Part shown: positions 55,113 to 64,000 of the stretch, one piece after another
Layout: each line of letters starts with the position of its first letter
How positions within the stretch are numbered: the stretch's first letter is position 1
DNA from: Deferrisomatales bacterium
GTDB lineage: Bacteria; Desulfobacterota; Deferrisomatia; Deferrisomatales; JARGFW01
Assembly: GCA_029211085.1 (NCBI GenBank)
Contig: JARGFW010000001.1
Coordinates: 35,485-99,484, forward strand
Direction of reading: 5' to 3'
DNA: 64,000 nt
The notes under the pieces: model-generated
The model's database searches: none
Told to the model about the DNA's origin: nothing
What the model saw: the letters and a program-made list of their open reading frames with translations, nothing else
Made by a program: the position numbers and the translations under genes

Positions 55113-55271
55113 ATGGAGAAGTACCAGTGCACCATCTGCGGCTACATCTACGACCCTGCAAAGGGAGATCCGGACAACGGCGCGGCCGCCGGCACGGCGT
55201 TCGCGGATCTCCCGGATGACTGGGTATGCCCCGACTGCGGAGCCGACAAGTCCATGTTCGAGGCGATGTAG
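55113..55271 (+). CDS. Rubredoxin (52 aa; not in the ORF track)
   Basis: GAGGAG-ATG; [52 protein letters not shown]. Confidence 0.97.
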   Translation: MEKYQCTICGYIYDPAKGDPDNGAAAGTAFADLPDDWVCPDCGADKSMFEAM

Positions 55272-55368
55272 CCCGTCCCCAGCCGGTGGGCGGCCGTGCT
55301 GCGCTACCCACCCTCTCGGTTTCTGCGCCCGGCCCCGGTGGCCGGGCGTTTTCGTAGTGAGGACGCCC

Positions 55369-56277
55369 GTGGACGCGAACTCCGAAACCCCGCTGCTCAC
55401 CCTGCAGGCGCCGGCCAAGGTGAATCTGCGCTTGGAGGTGTTGAACCGTCGGGAAGACGGCTACCACGACCTGCACATGCTCATGGCCCCGGTGAGCCTG
55501 TGCGATACCCTTCGGTTGCGGCCCCTGCCGGAACCGGGGCGCATTCAGGTGACCCTGGCCGGCGCCGCCGCGGCGGTGGCGCCGGGGGCGGACAACCTGT
55601 GTCACGGCGCCGCCCGCTTCTACTTCGCCGAAACCGGTGTGCAGGGGGGGGTGGCCGTCGAGTTGACCAAGCGCGTTCCGGCCGGGGCGGGGTTGGGCGG
55701 CGGCTCCAGTGACGCAGCAGCGACGGTGCTGGGCCTGGAACGGCTCTACGGCCGGCAACTGAGCGCGGCGGCGCGGCGGCGGGCGGCGTTCGCGGTGGGA
55801 GCCGATGTGCCGTTCTTCTTCGCTCGGGCTCCGGCCTGGGTGGGGGGGATCGGTGAGGTGGTGGAACCCGTTCCGGAACTCGAGGCGGTGTGGATGGTGT
55901 TGGTGTTCCCGGGCGTTTTTCTGTCGACACCGAAGGTGTTTTCCCTCCTGAGAAGAAGGTTGACAACCCCCAGGCGGCCCCCTACCATTGCGCAGTTCAA
56001 CTTCCGGGGCCTGGTGGCGGGGCTGTACAACGATCTGCAGGCCCCCGCGCTGGAGGTAGAGCCGGCGGTCGGGGTGGCCCTCGATGCTCTCTCCGCAGCC
56101 GGGGCCGCGGGCCAGTTGATGTCCGGTTCGGGCTCGACGGTGTTCGGACTGTTTGCCGACGTCGGGAAGGCCCGCGCCGCTGCGGACGAGGTTTCCCGGC
56201 ACCCGCAGGCGGCCGCCTGGCAGATCGAGGTAGTGCACACCCTGGCCCCCGGAGCGTTCCCATTTCCGGCTGCGTGA
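55369..56277 (+). CDS. ispE: 4-diphosphocytidyl-2-C-methyl-D-erythritol kinase
   Basis: APAKVNL, GAGLGGGSSDAA, GADVPFF, MSGSGS; precedes tRNA-Gln and prs. Confidence 0.95.
   Translation: MDANSETPLLTLQAPAKVNLRLEVLNRREDGYHDLHMLMAPVSLCDTLRLRPLPEPGRIQVTLAGAAAAVAPGADNLCHGAARFYFAETGVQGGVAVELTKRVPAGAGLGGGSSDAAATVLGLERLYGRQLSAAARRRAAFAVGADVPFFFARAPAWVGGIGEVVEPVPELEAVWMVLVFPGVFLSTPKVFSLLRRRLTTPRRPPTIAQFNFRGLVAGLYNDLQAPALEVEPAVGVALDALSAAGAAGQLMSGSGSTVFGLFADVGKARAAADEVSRHPQAAAWQIEVVHTLAPGAFPFPAA
55960..55988 (+). promoter_or_regulatory. Sigma-70 promoter inside ispE, probably driving tRNA-Gln-prs-rplY
   Basis: TTGACA-17 bp-TACCAT. Confidence 0.65.
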
Positions 56278-56285
56278 TCCTGGAC

Positions 56286-56360
56286 TGGGGCGTCGGCAAG
56301 CGGTAAGCCACCGGATTTTGATTCCGGCAATCGGAGGTTCGAATCCTCCCGCCCCAGCCA
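56286..56360 (+). tRNA. tRNA-Gln (UUG)
   Basis: TGGGGCG/CGCCCCA acceptor stem, CCGGA-TTTTGAT-TCCGG anticodon arm, GGTTCGAATCC, CCA; 75 nt. Confidence 0.96.
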
Positions 56361-56402
56361 ATCGACTTCTTCCCCGGCGCCGCGTCGCGCACCGAGATTC
56401 CC

Positions 56403-57344
56403 ATGCACAATGTTCGCATCTTCACGGGCAACGCCAACCGCCCGCTGGCCGAAGCCATCTGTCGCCACCTGGGGCTGCCCCTGGGCAGGGCGACGGTGAA
56501 ATCGTTCAGCGACGGCGAGATCAGCGTCGAGATCGAAGAGAGCGTGCGCGGTTGGGACGTGTTCGTGGTGCAGCCCACCTGCATGCCGGTGAACCGGCAC
56601 CTGATGGAACTGCTGATCATGATGGATGCCCTCAAGCGGGCCAGCGCAAACTCCATCTCGGCGGTGATTCCCTACTACGGCTACGGCCGTCAGGACCGCA
56701 AGGTGAACCCGCGGGTGCCGATCACCTCGAAGCTGGTGGCCGATCTGATCACCGTGGCTGGGGCCGACCGGGTGCTCACCGTTGACCTGCACGCGGGGCA
56801 GATCCAGGGGTTCTTCGACATCCCGGTGGACAACCTGTTTGCCACCCCGGTGTTGCTCGACGAGATGCGCCAGCGTTTCCGCGGCGACGATCTGGTGGTG
56901 GTGAGCCCCGACGCCGGCGGCGTGGAGCGGGCCCGGGCGTTCGCCAAGCGCCTGGATGCCAGCCTCGCCATCATCGACAAGCGCCGCGAGAAGGCCAACG
57001 TCAGCGAGGTGATGCATATCATCGGCGACGTCGAGGGCATGGACGCGATCTTGCTCGACGACATGGTGGACACCGCGGGCACCCTGACCAACGCCGCACG
57101 GGCACTGAAGGCCAAGGGCGCCCGGGCCGTGTACGCGGCATGCACCCACGCGGTGCTGTCGGGCCCCGCGGTGGCGCGCCTGCTGGACTCGCCGCTGGAG
57201 GAGTTGATCACCACCGACACCATCCCCCTCAGCGGAGAGGCGGCAGAGAGCGGCAAGATCCGTGCGCTCACCGTCGCCCCCCTGCTGGCCAAGGCCATTC
57301 GCCGCGTCACCGAGTGCGGCTCCGTAAGTTCTCTCTTCGTGTAG
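56403..57344 (+). CDS. prs: Ribose-phosphate pyrophosphokinase
   Basis: [32 protein letters not shown]. Confidence 0.97.
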   Translation: MHNVRIFTGNANRPLAEAICRHLGLPLGRATVKSFSDGEISVEIEESVRGWDVFVVQPTCMPVNRHLMELLIMMDALKRASANSISAVIPYYGYGRQDRKVNPRVPITSKLVADLITVAGADRVLTVDLHAGQIQGFFDIPVDNLFATPVLLDEMRQRFRGDDLVVVSPDAGGVERARAFAKRLDASLAIIDKRREKANVSEVMHIIGDVEGMDAILLDDMVDTAGTLTNAARALKAKGARAVYAACTHAVLSGPAVARLLDSPLEELITTDTIPLSGEAAESGKIRALTVAPLLAKAIRRVTECGSVSSLFV

Positions 57345-57392
57345 CCCGCCGCAGGCGGGCCTGGTTCGGAACCAAGGGAAAGGAAGAAGGAT

Positions 57393-58031
57393 ATGCAGAC
57401 CGAGTTGGAGTTCCATGTCGAGACCAAGGCCAAACAGGGCAAAGGCGCTGCCCGAAAGGCCCGGGCCGCCGGGAAGACGCCCGGCGTGGTGTACGGCTAC
57501 AAGATGGATCCGGTGATGATCACCTTCCAGGAGAAGGAACTGGTCAAAGCCCTCTCCACCCCCGCGGCACGCAACGTGTTCCTCAACCTGCGCGGCGAGG
57601 TGGGGGAACTGAGCGGCGCTCGGGTGATGGTGAAGGAGTTGCAGGTCGACCCGCTGCGTCGCGTGTTCCTGCATGCCGACTTCTACAGGCTCGACCCGAC
57701 CCGCAAGATCCATGCGAACGTGCCGATCCGGCTGCACGGCACCGCCCAGGGTGTAAAGCTCGGCGGTATCATGCAGGTGGCTCGCCGCGACCTCGCAGTG
57801 GTGTGTCTGCCTGGCGACCTTCCTGAGGCCATCGAGGTGGACGTGACCGCGCTGATGCCTGGTGACTCCATCCACGTGGGCGACCTGGAAGCCCCAAAGG
57901 GGGTTACCATCCTGGCCCCTGCGCGCCTCGCGGTGTGCGTGGTCATTGCCCCGTCCGGCCTGCAGGAGGACGAGGCGGAAGAGGGCGAGGGAGAGGACGC
58001 GGACGCCAAGGAGCCTGCCGCCACGGAGTAG
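57393..58031 (+). CDS. rplY: 50S ribosomal protein L25 / Ctc
   Basis: GKGAARKAR...PGVVYG, HADF, GVKLGG; prs-rplY-pth synteny. Confidence 0.93.
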   Translation: MQTELEFHVETKAKQGKGAARKARAAGKTPGVVYGYKMDPVMITFQEKELVKALSTPAARNVFLNLRGEVGELSGARVMVKELQVDPLRRVFLHADFYRLDPTRKIHANVPIRLHGTAQGVKLGGIMQVARRDLAVVCLPGDLPEAIEVDVTALMPGDSIHVGDLEAPKGVTILAPARLAVCVVIAPSGLQEDEAEEGEGEDADAKEPAATE

Positions 58032-58037
58032 CCTCCG

Positions 58038-58628
58038 GTGCCAACGGCAGGGAGCGGGCAACGACCCGGTCACCTGGTGGTGGGCCTCGGCAATCCCGGC
58101 CCCCGTTACGGCTCCACCCGCCACAATGTCGGCTTTGCCGTCGCCCTGCGCCTGGCTGCCCAATGGCGTGCAGCGCCCTGGCAGGCCCGCTGCCACAGCC
58201 TGCTCGCCACCGCGGAGTTGCGGGGGCGGCGGGTGTGGCTGGCGTGCCCCCAAACCTTCATGAACCGCAGCGGGGCAGCCGTGGCGGCGTTGGTGGAGCA
58301 TTCGGAGATTGAAATCGGCCGGGTCGTGGTGGTACACGACGACCTGGATCTGCCCCTCGGACGCCTACGCATCCGTGTCCGAGGTGGGCACGGCGGCCAC
58401 AACGGGGTGCGGTCGATCCTGGACGTTTTTCCGTCTGGGGGGTTCGTTCGCCTGCGATTGGGGATCGGTCGCCCGGCGGCGGGCGAGAGCGTGGTGGACC
58501 ACGTGCTCTCGCCGTTTCGCCCCGAGGAGGAAGCCGTGCTCTCCGGCTTCCTGGAGAGAGCGGCTGACGCCGTCGAGAGCATCATCGTCGAGGGGCCCGC
58601 GAGGGCCATGAATTTATTTCCCTCATAA
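58038..58628 (+). CDS. pth: Peptidyl-tRNA hydrolase
   Basis: GLGNPG, TRHNVGF, FMNRSG, HDDLDL, GGHNG. Confidence 0.96.
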   Translation: MPTAGSGQRPGHLVVGLGNPGPRYGSTRHNVGFAVALRLAAQWRAAPWQARCHSLLATAELRGRRVWLACPQTFMNRSGAAVAALVEHSEIEIGRVVVVHDDLDLPLGRLRIRVRGGHGGHNGVRSILDVFPSGGFVRLRLGIGRPAAGESVVDHVLSPFRPEEEAVLSGFLERAADAVESIIVEGPARAMNLFPS

Positions 58629-58650
58629 ACGTCGAACAAGGGAGGAAGGC

Positions 58651-60648
<1,998 letters not shown>

Positions 60649-60675
60649 GATCGCGACGGCACAGAGCAGTAGCGT

Positions 60676-60705
60676 AAAGGCCGACCCTCCGGGGTCGGCC
60701 TTTTT
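60676..60705. terminator. Rho-independent terminator after hppA
   Basis: AAAGGCCGACCC-tccg-GGGTCGGCCTTTTT. Confidence 0.85.
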
Positions 60706-60806
60706 GTCGTTAACGCCCACGAGAGGGGGCAGGGAAGACGCTGTTGCGCTGGACGGCTGGTCCATGTCGGCAGCCACGACCCGAAACCCGCGAGGCGCCA
60801 GCGCTA

Positions 60807-61121
60807 TCAGAACCCATCCCCCAAGCTGGCGTGTACCAGCCCCTGCAGGCGGCCGGCGGCCTCCAGGGCGTGGCGTAGCAGGTAGCGCTTCTGGATGGGC
60901 AGGGCCTGGGGATCGATGTAGTGGTCCACGGCCTCCCCGGGGCGCAAGAGCCGGGCCACGGCCGAGACCAGATAGAACACGTTGGTCGGAGGCCCCTCTC
61001 CCTGGCGGAACGGGTACGCGACGAGTTCTGCGCGGCGGCGAGTGAGACTGCGTTCCAGATCCTCCAGGGACTCGGGAGACAGTTCTGAGAATACGGGACC
61101 TCCCCCCGGCAAGAGTTCCAC
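60807..61121 (-). CDS. Possible small hypothetical protein (start uncertain)
   Basis: Fills the gap between terminator and response regulator; protein-like composition (ESLEDLERSL...NVFYLVSAVARLL); no clear RBS. Confidence 0.3.
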   Translation of the reverse strand: MELLPGGGPVFSELSPESLEDLERSLTRRRAELVAYPFRQGEGPPTNVFYLVSAVARLLRPGEAVDHYIDPQALPIQKRYLLRHALEAAGRLQGLVHASLGDGF

Positions 61122-61312
61122 GTCGGGCGTTGTGGCATCTTCCGGTCGGCCCGGCCCCGGCCCCAACGGCACGGCGCCGGGGGTGGACGATGCCGGCGCG
61201 GTCTTTGGGCGCGTGGAAACCCGGGCTTTTCCCGGGATTCGATTTGAGATATGGTTTGTTTTTGGAGCTCGGGTGGCGTCCCGGACGGGGTTCGGTATTG
61301 GGGAGAAGGGCG

Positions 61313-61684
61313 ATGACCAAGCGCAAGATCCTGGTGGTGGATGACGAACCGAACATTCTGCTCTCATTGGAGTACATCCTGGAGCAGGAGGGCTACGAGG
61401 TGCGGGTGGCACGGGACGGGGAGGAGGCCCTGACGGTGGCCGCGGAGGTGAGCCCCGACCTGATCCTGCTGGATGTGGCGATGCCTCGCAAGGACGGCTA
61501 TGAGGTGTGTCGGGCGCTGCGCGAGCATGCCCGGTTCCAGACCGTGAAGATCGTCATGCTCACCGCCAAGGGACAGCCCCTGGAGCGCAAGAAGGGGCTG
61601 GAGGTGGGAGCCGACGTCTACGTCACCAAGCCGTTCAGCGCCGAAGACCTGCTGGACAAGATCCGGAGCGTCCTCGGCCCATGA
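61313..61684 (+). CDS. Single-domain response regulator (receiver only)
   Basis: ILVVDDE, LLDVAMP, MLTAKG, VTKPFS all intact. Confidence 0.93.
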   Translation: MTKRKILVVDDEPNILLSLEYILEQEGYEVRVARDGEEALTVAAEVSPDLILLDVAMPRKDGYEVCRALREHARFQTVKIVMLTAKGQPLERKKGLEVGADVYVTKPFSAEDLLDKIRSVLGP

Positions 61685-64000
61685 CCACGCCCTCCCCTGA
61701 GCCCGTCAACCCTCGCCGGTCCGGATTCCGGCGTCGGACCGTGCGGTCCTTTGCCGGGCTGGCGGTACTGCCCCTGGTGCTCGGGCTGGGAGTGCTGTTC
61801 CTGGTGGCCCGCCACGACGTGGGCCGCATTCAGGGCGACGCCCTGGTTCAGGACGCCAAACACCTCGCCGAGCACGTCCAGATCCAGATCGACCGCAACA
61901 GCCAGTTCGTACGTGCCCTGGCGGGTGCCCCTGAGGTGCGCCAGTACCTGGCGGGTCGGGGACCGTACCCCGCCGAGGTGGTGGGCACCGCGCGCCAGTT
62001 CCTGGACGGCCTGCGGCAGGTGGAACTGCTGCCCCTGGGGGAGAACCTGGATCCGGCTCCCGGACCGGCGTTTGCCCACGTCGCCTGGGGGGACGGAAAC
62101 ACCCTGGAGTTCACCGTGGAGGTGGTGGACGCCGGGGGCAAGGTGGCGGGCATCTGTTCGGCCCAGTTCGAGATCGGCAACCTGACCCGGATGTTCGAGT
62201 GGGTCGAACGCTCCCGGCAGGGACACGCGGTGCTGTTTACCGCCGACGGCAGGGTGCTGGCCGGGGGCGAGGGTGCGGCGGCGCCGCCGGTTGGGTCCGT
62301 CCGCGAAGGCTGGACCTCCTTCAAGGCCGGGGGTGCCCAACGCTTCGCGGGACTCGCGCCGGTCAGCCCGGGCGGCTCGGGCATCACCGCCGACTGGTTC
62401 CTGGCGGTGGTGCTCCCTGCCAGTGAGGTGTACGGCGCGTTCCACTTCGTCGCCGCCCAGGTGGCGTTGCTGCTGGTGGCCTTCGCTGCCATGGTCACGG
62501 CCCTGGCGTACAAGACCGCCGATCGCTTCCTGGCCCCCATCCTGCAGTTGCGCCACGGCGCCGAGATCATCTCCCGGATCAACCTCGGACACCGCATCCA
62601 GGTCGACACCGGCGACGAGTTGGAGGACCTGGCCGACGCCTTCAACCACATGGCCGACAACCTCGCCGGGGCCTACGACGCCCTGGAGGCACGCGTGCGC
62701 GACACCACCCGCGACCTCCAGGAAGAACGCAACCGCCTGGCGACGGTGTTGCGCACCATGGTGGACGCGGTGGTGATGACCAACGCGGGGGGCGAAGTGC
62801 TGCTGATGAACCCCCGGGCCCGACTGATCCTGCAGGCCGGGGCCAGCTCCGGTATCGGTGCGTCCCTGGCACGGCTGCTGCCCCCGGAGCGTCTTGCCTA
62901 CCACCAGCGCCAGCTCCGGCAGCGCTGGGACGTGGGCCGTGATGCGGCGGAGGACGTGGCATTTCCCCTGCCTGACGGCATCCTGCTGCGGGGAACCATG
63001 ACCGCCGTGGCCGGGCCCGACGGTGAACTGGCCGGGTTTCTGCTGGTTTTCCGGGCCCACCACCGCAACCTGGAGGAAAGCGCCCTGCGCCGTCCGGAGG
63101 ATGTGGCGCGGAAGCTTCCGGAAATGCTGCGGGGGCCGATGACCACTGCAGCGTCCCTGGTGGAGACCCTGGATCGGCACCCGGAGATGCCCCCGGTCAA
63201 ACGGGTCGCGTTCGTCTCGGCCCTGCAGGAGGAAGTGGCCCAGCTCAGCGCCCAGCTTTCCCTGGCGGAGGAGGCGGCAGGCCACGCCAGGGCGGGGCGC
63301 TGGAGGGGGTTGGCGTCCGATCCCCGGGTACTGTTGGAGGAGGCGGTCGCTGCCGTGCCAGGGGTGTTCGCCCAGGTGGACCTCCCCGACGAGCCGTTGC
63401 CGTGGGTGCGGGTGGAGCCGTTCTCCTGGGTCACCTCCTTGGCGGCGGTGTTGCGCTGGCTCGCGGGGGAGTCCACGGGCTGGACCCCGGTCGTCGCAAC
63501 GGTGCGGGTCGAAGACGATGCCGTGGTCACCTGCTTCGAAGCCGAGGGAGCGTTTGCCGGGGGGGACGAGAAGCTCGACGCCTTGCCTGCCGCCGCCGCG
63601 GGGGAGGAACCGGTTTCCCTGGGGGAAGCGGTGCGCTTCAACCGTGGCGAGATCTGGACCCGGCGCCGGGAGGGGCGTTTCGAGGTCCGGCTGGGTCTGA
63701 TGCAGTGCACCGAGGTGGCAAATTCTGTGGGGAAGGAGGGCATCGCCGATCGGCAGCCCGAGTTCTACGACTTCGACCTGTTCCTGCCGCGCCCCACCCG
63801 GGAGTCCGGGGAGATCCTCGACGCGCCCCTGGAGAGTCTGGACTACGTGGTGTTCGACACCGAGACCACCGGCCTGCACCCGTCCCGGGGCGACGCTCTG
63901 GTCAGTTTGTCGGCGGTGCGTGCGCGGCACGGCAAGCTGTTGACCACCGATACCTTCCACACCTTGATCAACCCGGGAATGCACATCCCGCGGGAGTCGA
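61681..64000 (+). CDS. Membrane sensor: Cache-like, HAMP, PAS, degenerate His-kinase core, DEDDh exonuclease; 3' truncated by window edge
   Basis: ATGA overlap with regulator; frame open to the window end; two TM helices, DELEDLADAFNHM (HAMP), DAVVMTNAGGEVLLMNPRA (PAS), LPEMLRGP (His-less H box), PEFYDFDLF, YVVFDTETTGL (Exo I). Confidence 0.88.
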   Translation, partial: MTTPSPEPVNPRRSGFRRRTVRSFAGLAVLPLVLGLGVLFLVARHDVGRIQGDALVQDAKHLAEHVQIQIDRNSQFVRALAGAPEVRQYLAGRGPYPAEVVGTARQFLDGLRQVELLPLGENLDPAPGPAFAHVAWGDGNTLEFTVEVVDAGGKVAGICSAQFEIGNLTRMFEWVERSRQGHAVLFTADGRVLAGGEGAAAPPVGSVREGWTSFKAGGAQRFAGLAPVSPGGSGITADWFLAVVLPASEVYGAFHFVAAQVALLLVAFAAMVTALAYKTADRFLAPILQLRHGAEIISRINLGHRIQVDTGDELEDLADAFNHMADNLAGAYDALEARVRDTTRDLQEERNRLATVLRTMVDAVVMTNAGGEVLLMNPRARLILQAGASSGIGASLARLLPPERLAYHQRQLRQRWDVGRDAAEDVAFPLPDGILLRGTMTAVAGPDGELAGFLLVFRAHHRNLEESALRRPEDVARKLPEMLRGPMTTAASLVETLDRHPEMPPVKRVAFVSALQEEVAQLSAQLSLAEEAAGHARAGRWRGLASDPRVLLEEAVAAVPGVFAQVDLPDEPLPWVRVEPFSWVTSLAAVLRWLAGESTGWTPVVATVRVEDDAVVTCFEAEGAFAGGDEKLDALPAAAAGEEPVSLGEAVRFNRGEIWTRRREGRFEVRLGLMQCTEVANSVGKEGIADRQPEFYDFDLFLPRPTRESGEILDAPLESLDYVVFDTETTGLHPSRGDALVSLSAVRARHGKLLTTDTFHTLINPGMHIPRES

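Noticed and set aside
55746-58337. 863 aa minus-strand ORF and similar long antisense ORFs (e.g. 61618-63984, 40531-42291, 51521-53365)
   Set aside because: Shadow frames of real genes in high-GC DNA with no domain motifs
63841-64000. Ordinary DNA polymerase III epsilon (dnaQ)
   Set aside because: The domain is in frame with a 720 aa membrane sensor and has no separate start

Overview
GC-rich, gene-dense bacterial chromosome segment. Gene content (multiheme cytochromes, Geobacter-like ars cluster, selB, HEAT/HD-GYP pair) suggests a deltaproteobacterium (Desulfobacterota); this is inference. There are about 62 CDS, two tRNAs (Phe-GAA, Gln-UUG) and one frameshifted response-regulator relic. 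No transposase, integrase, CRISPR array or rRNA is visible. The left part (1-20 kb) is accessory: MCP, CPBP protease, DUF547, tetraheme cytochrome, queF, a CdaA-YbbR fusion, divergent arsenic/thiol-redox operons with a radical SAM/SPASM gene, a PilZ protein and a PhnD-like binding protein plus sensor kinase. The middle and right are mostly housekeeping (gltA, icd, tolB-pal-cpoB, mrcA, moaA, gpmI, selB, rsmE, glmUS, ispE-tRNA-prs-rplY-pth, hppA), interrupted by a HEAT/HD-GYP module and a TPR / 15-heme cytochrome / aspartic protease operon. The most unusual element is missing from the ORF track because it runs off the right edge. From 61681 an ORF coupled to a single-domain response regulator encodes a membrane sensor (Cache-like, HAMP, PAS) with a degenerate His-less kinase core fused to a DEDDh exonuclease domain. 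All domain calls are by motif recognition by eye; no searches were run.
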